Below, piece after piece: positions 38,201 to 49,355 of a stretch of DNA of 64,000 nucleotides. How positions within the stretch are numbered: the stretch's first letter is position 1; every line of letters starts with the position of its first letter. The notes under the pieces were generated by a model. It did not search any database. It had not been told where the DNA came from and saw nothing but the letters and a program-made list of their open reading frames with translations. This stretch comes from Klebsormidium nitens. Lineage: Eukaryota > Plantae > Klebsormidiophyceae. The stretch spans positions 15,351-79,350 of the forward strand of contig DF237375.1 in NCBI GenBank assembly GCA_000708835.1, written 5' to 3'. The position numbers were made by a program, and so were the translations under genes.

Positions 38201-41200
38201 GTTGATCTGGGCGAATCGAAAGGCGGGCTCCGATCGGAAACAGATATCCTGGCCTTCTCGATCGCTTTGCTGAGCACGTCCAGTGGGGCGTTGGTGAAAA
38301 GCGAGGCGGGATACGTTCTCGACCCAAACCGGGGGTGGAACACGACAGGACACGTGCCTGAGGTGCCGGTCTCGTAACCCAACAAAACTTCAGCCCCATG
38401 GACTTCGCTGTACGCTGCTGTTAGCTGATCAGAGGACTCTAACCCTAAAACTAAACCTGCTTCTGACCCTTGTGCATCTTCGACAGTGACTATTTCGCCG
38501 TTGCTAGAGTGCGGACTGAGGTCGGCTGAGCGCAAGAGACTGCTTTGCAACCTGGCGCTGTTGGAGGGGTGATTTGAGGCAGCGCTCGTTTCAACCAACG
38601 CTGGGTTAGAGGACAAACCAATGCCTAAACTACTGCTGAGGCTGCCGAACGAGCTCTCATCCCCTAGCGAATCGGCCTCCTGAAACTTCCCAGCGCCTCG
38701 CCCATCCCGGCCGTTACTGCGACGGTTCCCCAAATTGACGCCAAGACTATCTCCCAGATCCACAAGAGCCTCAGGCTTCACTCCACATCTCAACGGCTCC
38801 GCCTCCGCAAACCTTGAAGAGACCGCTAATCCGGTTCTTGGATCGACCGCTGCCGCCCAAAACCCTCCCTCGCGGAGCGCCCCGCAAACCGCGCCCTGCC
38901 AACTCAGGAACACGTCGCCTAACCGTGCCATCTCTTGAGACACGCTCAACTCATCCCCTGCCCCTTCCAAAACGTCCGAAGACGGCCCTGAAGCTCCCGT
39001 TCCGTTTCGATCCACACTCTTGCCGCCGCCGCTAATTCTCCCCTCCCAAAGATCGACTTTTGCGCCCTGAAACGTGGGAACCACTAAAAGGGGCTGCGTC
39101 CACAGGCCCGGCGCCCCCTGCTCCAAGAAAACCTCTTGGAGGATCCCCCGCAGCTCGGGCGGCACCGTGTGAACGCTGAACTCGAGGGATCCCCCTCCGA
39201 GAGATTGCGTTAGCGGCCCTAGCAGAAGCCCGTTAGGGAATCCCTCTTGGACGGGCGCGAAGGGGTTAGGGAGGGTTTGCGTCCAGGGGAACGGGTTTGA
39301 GAACTGGGCTAGGGGGCCTTGGTCTTTCAACCCCGGGAGGGAGGGCGTTAGGGCTACAGACTGCGCAAGGAAGTGCGCAAGCGAGTCTCTTTCTTGCGGG
39401 CCCTGTTTTTGAGAGCGGCACTTCTCATCAGGTTGGACTTTTGCTTCGGTCGCCGTGCCCCCCATCCTTTCCAGGGCCTCAAACAACCCCGCAACACGGC
39501 CGGTCACCCCCGCCACGTCAGACAGCACTTTCGCTGCATCAATCAGCTGGGTGAAGCTGTAAATCAGGGTCAGAATCGCAAACGACGCATTGCTAACCAG
39601 CTGTGCTATCGCGCCCTTGTCGACTTCTGCCCCTTTCCCGTAGATCCCGACGAAAATAGGGAGTGCGAGGATGGCGTAGTTGAGAATTGAGCCACTGTAG
39701 TCATAGGCCTTGCTGCCTAGCTCAAGGATTGTGTGGCGGATGACGAGCGAGCGCTGGTTGGTTAGGACGTGGTTAAGGTCCAGGTTAAGGGCGGTCCGCT
39801 CGACGGGGCTGGAGGCGTACAGAGCCACTTGCTCGGCGTTGTTGCGCAACCTGGGGCACAAAGGGGCGGGAACGGCGTCAGAATCGATAACATAAAGCAC
39901 TTTGCAAAGTCAGAAACTGCATCTGATTGCACTTGTGTTGCTCAACATCAAGTTCCATTGATGACGTTGCTGAACACAGTGCTTCTGAACGCGTGCCTGG
40001 ACGGCTTCTTGGCACGTTGGAACAACGTGAGACCAGGGACCGGTGCTTTGACTGGACGGACGACGAGCTTGCTATCCATTATAGCCAGCAACATGAGAAG
40101 TGCCTCGCTTTTCTTACTGAGTTGCGGCCCTTCATCTCTTTCTGTCAGCCAGAAGGTCATCCACGCTGCTCACCTGACGTGTGCAACTCGGAAGTCCCCT
40201 TCCAGCTTCTCTTGCTTTGCCACAAGGGCCGCGATTGGGGAGATCAGGCAGCGCGCCCCCAGAGTACCGACAGAAAAGAACAGGTACACAGCGAGAGGCC
40301 CTGTCCAGCCGACGTACGACCAGACAAGCACCGTGTAGTATGCAATCATGAGCGGAGCAACAACGGTCTTGTGGAGGAGTTGAGCGAGGCCTGTTGAGAA
40401 GAGCTGGATCTCCTGCAGCAGAGAAGAGCGCAGGGTGGTGTCAGGAAAAGAAAGGGTTGTCATGAGGGTAAGACGACGATTGCCAAGAACAGGATGACCT
40501 CCTGAGACATCTTTTTGCGTACAGTGTTGTGAAGAAACAAATAGTTTGGTGTGGCCTTTGCGAAGCTCTTCGTAGGATTGAAACCTGGTCTCAAAGTGCG
40601 GTTTACAGATTGCCAGAGCGCAATGACAAATTTTGCGATTTTGATTCGTCTCACGGCCAGTTTAAGATAGTTACGAGGGCGGCCAACTGAAACCAGTTAC
40701 AGTTTTTGGGACCGCCAATACTCTGCCAGATGCGACCGCCAATACTACGTATGATTCACAAATAGGGTCCCAAATGCAAGCACTAGTGGCCTTAAAAGAT
40801 TCCATCTGGGAGCCCCCTTCTTCCATCAGATAACCACCAAAATGCTCAAACGTCAGACCCTACCTGAGCCACACGCTGATCCGGGTTATCCACCGCTCCC
40901 TCTTTCATGAGGTGAAACACGTTCGAGTCACGGCAGTATCGGCTGTGAGCGGCCAGTGTCAACCGCTTCCGCCACTGCAGCGCTAGCATCTCCGAGACTC
41001 CGAGCTTGACACCAGCGCACAGCGCGGCAGAGCTATACCAGAGCAGGGAGCGCCACATGGCGGAAGCAAAGAGCTACAAGAGGGGCAACCAATGGGGCAC
41101 AGATCAGTGAGTGTTCACGTGGTGGTACTGAAGCGAGCAAGGAAGAATGCTCAGGCAAGCTCATCCAAATAGAGGAACGCTCTTGAAAGCTGTGTGGTGC

Positions 41201-41796
41201 TCTGATGTCTTCTCCCACTTCCAAGTTCGTCAGCTGTCCTAGGGCTGGGGGGGGAGCTTAGGTCATGCTGTAAGCCATTCGCTTATGAGTTAGACGATAC
41301 ATGCCTCGAGGGCTCTTCAATTGGCTGATCAAGAACGGAACCTTAAACTGACTTGAATGCCAAGTCCTCTGAAACACCCATCCTCTTGAACCCTCTTGAG
41401 GTCCAAATGACACCCTCTGAACCCTAACCCTAAAATCTTGCAATCACAAACAATGTGAGCCTCCGCAGCGCTCACCTTCACGTCATTATCCAACAAGGCC
41501 TTGTAGAACAGCCCGGGAAGCACGCCGACCTGCGCAATCACGAGCACCTCCAGGACTGAGAGGGCCGCTAAGAGCAGTGCACCCTGAGCTCCGGCAAGCA
41601 CCATGAGTCGCCCCAGTCGCTGCACAAAGCGCAAGTCAACGCCGTTGTCTTGCCTAGGAGTGGCATTATCTGGAGCTCGCGCATCCTTGCTATCTTCGGA
41701 GGGCTTGGAACCAGCCAAGATCTGGTCAATGGAGATGCATTGCTCTTTGGCCCCATTCTGCAGGTGCGTGTACCCATGAAGCAAAGGTGTCTCCAT
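35285..41796 (-). CDS. ABCD4: ABC subfamily D half-transporter, ABCD4-like, with an internal MMADHC(CblD)-like domain (~1038 aa)
   Basis: Exons 41796-41476, 41073-40864, 40412-40174, 39850-37977, 37453-37260, 36315-36184, 35431-35285, all phase-consistent. TMD motifs [37 protein letters not shown]. Walker [10 protein letters not shown]-loop FLPQ, signature LSPGEQQR, Walker [10 protein letters not shown]-loop ISHR. Confidence 0.9.
36270..36770 (-). repeat. Decayed tandem copies of the acceptor plus start of the ABC signature exon (real start 36315)
   Basis: Copies start at 36447 and 36648, interleaved with three copies of gggcagctgagaaggtt.ctcc. Confidence 0.88.
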
Positions 41797-42487
41797 CTTA
41801 CCAGCCCCGACTACAAAGAAGAAAGGGTGGCCTTTCCTGCCAGCATTTCCAGACCATTGGCAGCTGGATCTGCAGCTTTAAAAAACTGGCCTACTTCAGG
41901 TAACGAACACCGCTTGCAGTATGAAGAGTTGGTGAATCGCTGTCATTTGGAGCTAGGTATTTAGGTACCTCCTATGCATTTGTGAGGACCTCAGCTTCAG
42001 AATGGTTTGTGCTCATACTTTGAACAGTCTTCAGCGTTCAGGCCCAGGGCGGCTTTAGGCATTAGTCCTAATGGCCTGCCATGAGGGCCTGGACCTGGGT
42101 TTAGGGTCAAGGTTGGGTGCTTGGTCAAGCATCATGCTATTATGTAAATAGCATGGTTAAAGAAGCTGCCATGCATGGCTTGAGGGCTGAACCGTTTAAC
42201 CGTAAAGGGTTAACGCAAACGGAGGTTTAGAAGTAAACTAGCAGAACTTGAACTTGAAGCGAGCGCGGTCAGAAGCGAGCGCGATTCTAAAGCTCATAGC
42301 TAGTAGGGGCAAGGTGCTCAACAAAGCATTGCAACAGGCAAAAGGACAATCACAAAGCTGTGCCAGCAGCAAGAAAGGGCGGCCGCTGCGCTGTTCACCC
42401 TTTCGCTGAGCCAAGCATCAGCCCACTGGCGATTTGATATGCCGCTGCCTTAAGTTAACAGCCGCAGCATTGTTCTGATATAGATCG
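41797..42487. promoter_or_regulatory. ~690-bp head-to-head intergenic region (probable bidirectional promoter)
   Basis: Divergent starts at 41796(-) and 42488(+). Contains a telo-box-like gggtttaggg (~42097), a GGCCCA site and a duplicated gaagcgagcgcg; motif function is inferred. Confidence 0.5.
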
Positions 42488-45400
42488 ATGGCGGTGCGAG
42501 CGGCCCAGCGAGTGGGCGCCAGCAACACTGCCAAGTGGTTTGCCGACCGCACACGAATCGCAGCCTCGCCAGTCAAAGCAGGGAATTGCTTGGTTACTGC
42601 TCTAGCTGTTGAAACAGATTGCTCAAGGGGGGTCAGTCTGTTCATCTCAGCACTTAGCAGGAAAACCACTGTCTCCAACTTGAAACAGTGTGCTTCAGTC
42701 GCCGGATTCCCAATCGTCAACCTAAGTCCACCACTCAGGGGCGTCCGCAATAAAAGAAGGAGCTCCGCCATCCCACGAGCTTCGGCCACCGCTCTCACAT
42801 CATCGAATGATGAAGCAACTCACAACAACTTACAGCAGGAGCACTACGACAGAGACTATGCAGCCTACATCCAGGAGGTTCCACCTAAAGTCACGGAGTC
42901 CTTGGAAAAGATTGTAAATGCCGCCAGTTTGAAACCGTCTCACAAGGTGTTAGACTGCGGCTGTGGACCGGGCCGCTTGATCCCCCATATACTGGCGGCT
43001 GGAGTGGAAGATGTAGTAGCGGTTGACCTGTCTATCATGATGATTGCCCTGGTGAAAGAGCAGTTTGACAATGTGCGCTGCTGGCAAGGGGATATAGTGA
43101 ATCTGCCTCCAGCGTTCGGGCCTTTTGATGCAATCTTTGTGAACGAAGTCCTGGAGAGTGTGCATTCGCAGGAGGCGGTGCTGAAAGCAGTGGCCGGATT
43201 GCTCCAACCAGGTATGATATCTACTGTTTTTGGCTTTCCTTGCTCTGCTTACTAGACTGAGAAACCCATGGGGGGTTGGTGCAGTGGTGATGGCAAAGTG
43301 CTTGTGCGGTGCAGGTAGACAATGATAAGTACACCACCTCCTTATCGTGCTTCTATTTCAAGGGAAAGTTTATCTCTTGGACTTAAAGGAATCATCCCCT
43401 AAAACGACGTATGGTCGGACATTCAAACTTCAGACCTTCCTGTCACTGTACCAAGGAGAAGCACCCCATCAGATGACGTCTGGTCGTACATATTGAACTC
43501 ACAGACTATCCTGTCAGTCAAAACATCACGCAACAGAAGACCTGTCTGCCTGCAATGAAAGGAGAGTCGTGCCAGGGGCAGTTGCTGAGGAGCTTGTGGT
43601 GACCTCGTCATCGCCATCTCACATGCAGGGGGAGCAATCATCATCAGTCACTCGCAAGGGCGGCGAGTATCTGAGTTCTACAAGAAAAAGAGTCCTGAGC
43701 TCCACCCCCATAGTCTGCCAGATACAGAGGAGCTGAAGAAGCTGGCGGAAGGCGCCAGTTTAGATGTAGAGGCGTTCACAGATGCTGAGGACTTCTACCT
43801 GGCTGTCCTGAGGGTGAGTATGCGCACAGGCGTCACTGTTGATTTTGCAGGAGCATGTAGCAGTTACTGAATATAATGGGGCAGTGCAGATAGAGACGAT
43901 GAGCGTCTTTTGTTTGCCTGGGCTCAATCTCCCTTGACGCCCTGCTTGAGGGTTGTGAAAAGGTCGGGTGCAGGGTGCTCATAGACCCGATTTCCTTCAG
44001 GCAAAGACGGCGTTTGTGCCTCCCTAGTTTCGAACAAGGACCGGAGAGTCAAAAAGGACAAAAGCTCGTGATTGCTGCAAGCTGGATAGCACATGGCCCT
44101 TGGGCCGACTGTCATTGTCAAACTCCAGTGTCAATCTGGTGTGGATGCTTTGTCCCACCAACTCTTTACTCGCCCTGGCCATCTTGAAAACAGAACATCT
44201 TCTTTGCCCATGTGCCAAGCACGTGCCACTGCACTGGATCAAAGTGCATACCATCTTTTAGAACACCTTGCAGGACTCTCGAGCATCAAGCGAAACGCCT
44301 AGGCGAAGGGAAGAGGCGGCAACGTCTGATTGGGAAGATGGTAAGCACCGAATAGCCTTCGTTTGGAGACACCTATTGGGGAACCGCTCTAGTTCTCGTG
44401 GTCAGGGGGGTTCGGAGAATCAAGACTAACTGTACGTTTGAACCAGATTTTTGAAAGGCCCGAGCAAAGAAGGCGTCGGCAAAAAGAGTATGTCGCATCT
44501 GCAAAGCGAGAACACCATCCTGAGGTGTAATCACGTACTTCTTGGTACGAAGCGGGTGATAGACTGGCATCGAAACAGCAGCAGAGGACCAACTCTCAAC
44601 GCCACTTTGTCGTTGTTTTCAATAAACAACTACCACGTTCTTCGTCCTCCAACGCTGACACGGCTTTCACATGTGCAGATTCTTCTGCTGATGTCGGCTT
44701 GACACGACCGATTTCGATACGTTTGCATCCTTGGTGCGCGGCAGTGTTATGCTTCCCCAAAACCTGACGTTCCTGCGTGTACAGATCCATACTACTTCGC
44801 AAAAGCGCCCCTCTACATGAAGACGCCCGTCGTGTCTGGATTCGGCCGGGGGAGCCGACAGCTTGGATTCCCAACTGGTGAGCTAATGACTCCATTCAAA
44901 GCTCCCGAAGAAACTGTAGAAGCGTTCTTACGACACATGTAGTCGAAGTTCTGGAGTCTTGCGTCTTGATTTTGCAGTTTACAGCGTTGACCAATTGCCC
45001 GTACCTAGCCTACTGAAAGCAGCAAAGTCGGTATACAATTTTTCCTTCCACGCGAATGCACCTCTGGTTCTTTCGTACCTACAAGTAGTGTCGACAAATC
45101 AGTTCGAATTGCGGCTGACGCTTTCAGAAGGAGCCTCGACTCGAAGATTGAGTAGATTCGAAGGGCACGATTGTGTGCGGAACAGGGCCGATTGTCAGTT
45201 CCACAACCTCCTCCCTCGTCCCGATCGAATCATTGTTCCATACCCTTTAGAGCATTAGGTACAGTGTGTTCAGAACACTCTCTCGACTTTTGATAAGTCC
45301 CGTTTGATCAGTGATATCCCTCAGCAAGGTCGTGTGATGCAATCACGTCCATCATATTCCGCTGTCCGTTTTCCTTCCGCCAGCAAACCTGGCGCCGGAG

Positions 45401-46608
45401 CTGCTGGTCAAGGAATTAGACGGGCTGATGAACGGGGTCTACTTCGGCTGGGCGCGGCTAGTGGCAGAAGGGAAGGACGACAAAGTCTACAAAATGGTCA
45501 TGAACGTGGGCAACCGACCGACGTTCGCGGACGGCGCCGGACAGACGATCGTAAGTGACAAAAGGCGGCGGTTGTCTGTATCGTGCGTGGCTCATTTGAG
45601 GCGACCGGTGCAGCGCGTGTAGCTGGCACAGGTCGCCTTCGTGGCTGTCTTGGTGGATAGCAGGCTGTGAGCCTTGGTCCTTTGAAAGGGCTACACTACA
45701 TTGAGAAAAGCTGGCTTCAGATACTGGCTGGCCAACACATGAGATACTGTGTGGCGGATGTGGCGTCAAGCATGAAAGCCCCGCTTTCTGAGTCTCCTTG
45801 CGTAGGATCTGCTGCCACGAGGAGGTTGATTGAGGGACGTCTATTGTTGGTTCTCCGTGTAGACACTCGACAAGGGGGACCTCGTCCGGTCATTTGTGTT
45901 TGAGGTTTCGAGAGTGGACGTATCTCGGCAAAGCACTTGCCCACGCGCCATTCTCTTGATTTTAAGGTAGCACGTTGGCTGAATGCAGAATGCCAATCGA
46001 GGAACCTGTTCATAAGCATCCTCAAAACTTCCTTGACAGCTCAGCGGCTCAGCAGGATACCCACTATTTGTGCGTCGTCATTGCGGAGGCTGCCGTAGTG
46101 CTAACCGTGAAAGTACCCTTGACTCTGGGAGCTCACTCCTTCCATTTCAGGAAGTTCACGTTTTGAACAAGTACGAGGCGGATTTCTACGGAGATGAGTT
46201 GAGGGTCGTGGTTCTAGGCTGCATACGACCGGAGCAGAAGTTTTCGTCCGTCGGTGAGCGACCTCTCTTAGTGTTCGTACTTTTGAAACAAGTGGGCTTG
46301 TGTGAGAACGGCCGCAAGCTTTGGTAATTCCCAGACAGCTTTGCTGCTTTCAGCTTTTCTATTGGTTTGATTCCTTATTGAGAGTCAAGCTGAGCCGACT
46401 GATCCCTCTCAATAACGCCATTTTGACCCCTTCGTTGAATGCTCCTCAAGAGAACAGGCACAAACGACCTTCGTTTGATTTCATAATTGCTTTCTGTGAT
46501 ACAGCGGATCTAGTGAACCGGATAAAGGAGGACGTGGCCATCACGGAAGAGGCTCTCGAAGATGACAGTAAGCGACAATTTAGCCGAGACACGTTTCTAC
46601 TCGGCTAG
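42488..46608 (+). CDS. Plastid-transit-like N-terminus + class I SAM methyltransferase fused to riboflavin kinase (~480 aa)
   Basis: Exons 42488-43211, 43629-43813, 44274-44340, 44785-44877, 45384-45550, 46151-46253, 46505-46608 total 1443 nt with no stops. MTase motifs VLDCGCGPG, VVAVDLS, LLQPGG. RFK motifs VVSGFGRGSRQLGFPTANL, GVYFGW, MNVGNRPTF, EVHVL, DFYG, IRPE. Both domains are secure; the fusion depends on the 67-nt linker exon. Confidence 0.8.
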
Positions 46609-47445
46609 ACGTGCTATCCTTATACGTGACCACCCTCCATATGCGCAGCATCAATGCTGCCGGACTAGATCCCAGCTTTCTGCCTGATGTAACGACTTGG
46701 TGGTAAGGTCAAATTTGGCCATGCACATCCGGATCGGAATGCTTGGGTGGGGCCTTCGCTTCATTGACAATACCGTATATGAAGCTCCGAGCATTACTAG
46801 TCCTTCCATGGTCTGACCATGATTCTTTGTGCATCTTAGGGTGATTCTCAATTGTCAAGCATCCGACCAACATCGTGAATTTCAATTTATGTCTAAGGGG
46901 CGCTGACTCCTTGCGAACCGTCCGTCCATCATGAAGCGAACCATAACCTATGCAACACCGTTGATTGGTTGGCGAGGCTTTGCAGCGTTCGTCGTGAAAC
47001 ATGCACTGATTGGTAGCCTTGCAATATGCATTTGAGGGCCGCGCATATCACTTAGGACAACATGTGTTTCAAATGCACACCCGCGTGTAACTTGCATTCG
47101 CGAGGGGCATAAGTTGTTCATCAGAATCCGTTCCCGCAGGAGTCACTATTCAGCGCGTGTGTAGCAGCTAGTCAATCATGACTCAGCCCCAGTGTAGATT
47201 GATTGCAGGCCTGCACTGACAGCTGCATATGCCGACTCGATTATGCAAGGGCCGTACCCAACAGCTCTTAGGAGCAACCTTTGTCTGACCTCTTCAGCCT
47301 TGGAACTTTCTAAGCCATTCGCTTGTATAAGCAATTCAAATCGAAAACTCGTATCCATCATGGAGGGGTTATTGCTGACGGTTAGTCCTTCTAGTTCCTA
47401 GTGTCCACCTGCTGCTGCAGAAATGATCTTGACAGTAATGATGCT

Positions 47446-48788
47446 CTACTCCGGCTCGCAGAACTCTGCTTCTTGGGGCTCCTTGAAAGCCTTTTTGGGC
47501 CTCGTTTTTGGCAACGCCGTAGCTCTTGTCGCTCCTACGTACCAGTAAAAGTTCTCCTTGTCGCCGTCTACTGTAATCGAGTGCACCGGCAGCCAGAAGA
47601 GCAGCTTCGTTTTCATGCCTTCAATCTCGTCTAGACCTTCCACTGCCACTCTTGCCGTTATCTTCTGTGCATAGTACACTACCGAGTTGTCAGCGTACGT
47701 CACCTCACACTCACCCGGCAACTCGACTACGAATTTGCACGTGTCCTCGTTGAAGCTGAAGTTCGTCACGCCCTTGGGGAAGATCCCCCTTGGCAGACCC
47801 ATGGACTCCAAGTAACCATACGCGTCTTTCTTAGAGGCGCGGGTTCCTGTCGAGTAGAGCGGTAATCAAAACCAAAAAAATCAAGGTTGAGAAAGCACAG
47901 CAGGCATAAGACCAGGATACACTATGAAGCCAGATCGAAAAGATGAGCCCAGACAGCACAATCAGAAAGCTGATCCAGACTCGAACTCAACCAAGATGCT
48001 AGAGGTCTAGCAGTGTTCATTTGAGCACCTGGGATGTCAAGGATCTAAATGAACCTGGAACCAGCTAAATCCTTTGTTACGAGGCACGTGGCATGATAGA
48101 ACAGAAAAGACAACGTGGGCTCGCATAGATACTTTTGAAAGAAAGAGGATGATCTGACTTTGAGCTCTTGACAAGAGCACCTGAATGCTCTTTAGCTCCC
48201 GTTTCAGGGCCACGCAACTTCACTCACAGAACAAGAGAGGTACCGACACCCCCGACACGAACGGTTCCAGAATCAAGCGCCTCTATAACTAACAGGAGCC
48301 TGTCTAGCTGGAGCTTCGAGAAAGAATGAACGGTGACATCATGCTGTGGGGACTTACCCAGCGAAGTGAATGCTTTCCCAGCATTCTTTGCCATGTTCTG
48401 CGTATGGTACATAGAACAATCAGAGTCAGTCCGGCTTTTAGGAAGACACAGCCTTGGAGCCATCTGTCTGCAGTTGTAATCCTGCCTCCCTGACCTCATC
48501 AGCATATAATGAGGCACGGCTCTTTAACAACCATCATGTCTCGGTCAACCATTGAATTTGATAAGCATCAAAGCTTTTGAGCACCAAATTTCAGCTGGCT
48601 TGAAAACCAGAAGCCAATAGAAGTGCTCCTGTCTTGAAGCCTAACAACAAACCAAATGGACCCCATCCGTACAATTCAGTTCGATGGCGGCCAATGCGCA
48701 CCTTGAGATCTCTTGCGGTGTCGTCTGCAAACTTGTCCATCTTGTTTTTCGTCCGCCCGAACAACACCTGACTGGCAAGCTTGTCCAT
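47446..48788 (-). CDS. DUF538 family protein (~175 aa)
   Basis: Exons 48788-48702, 48397-48358, 47846-47446. Motifs YLESMGLPRGIFPKGVTNF, CEVTY, YAQKITA, LDEIEGMKTKLLFWLPV. Confidence 0.85.
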
Positions 48789-49270
48789 TGCAAGGTGTCA
48801 CTTACGAGGAAGAGCTCAAGCTAAGATGGCGCAAGGAATCACAGAGCAAACCTTGATGCGGAGGTGAAGAGATGCTGCACATGGACCTCAGAACTACCTA
48901 CGTTGAGACGATTGTAACGTTTGACATCAGGAATTCAGAAGTTGTTCGATCTTTCATGAATATTTAATAACAAAATCTGCACGAAGCACCAAGACGAGCA
49001 AGAAACGATAAGGAGCAGAACGGAAGAACCGGCACAGTAACGGCTTTACAGACAAAGGCTTCTTGGCGCACACAGAGAGCACACACGGGACGTGAGCTCA
49101 AGACAAAAGATGGCGGTTGAAGAACCGGCAGCTATTAGGTGCCAGGTTTTAGGGTTCATAATTCAAGCTACATATATATGTAGGTTTAAACGATTTGTCA
49201 AGTTTTTCGCCTGGTTTTCCAGAATCAAACACTGTCCTCGACCAAAAATCCTGACTCACTCCTGAGCTAG

Positions 49271-49330
49271 GTTCCGGATCCATCGATCACTCATTGGCGG
49301 GTTCCGGATCCATCGATCACTCATTGGCGG
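49271..49330. repeat. Perfect 30-bp direct tandem duplication just upstream of malic enzyme
   Basis: gttccggatccatcgatcactcattggcgg twice; contains ATTGG (CCAAT on the other strand). Confidence 0.95.
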
Positions 49331-49355
49331 GCCTGCACCCAGCGCTGGTCCAAAA

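Noticed and set aside
41415-41440. Telomere-like aaccct repeats (also near 42097, 49146 and 53580)
   Set aside because: Only 1-3 units each; these are not a telomere or an interstitial array.
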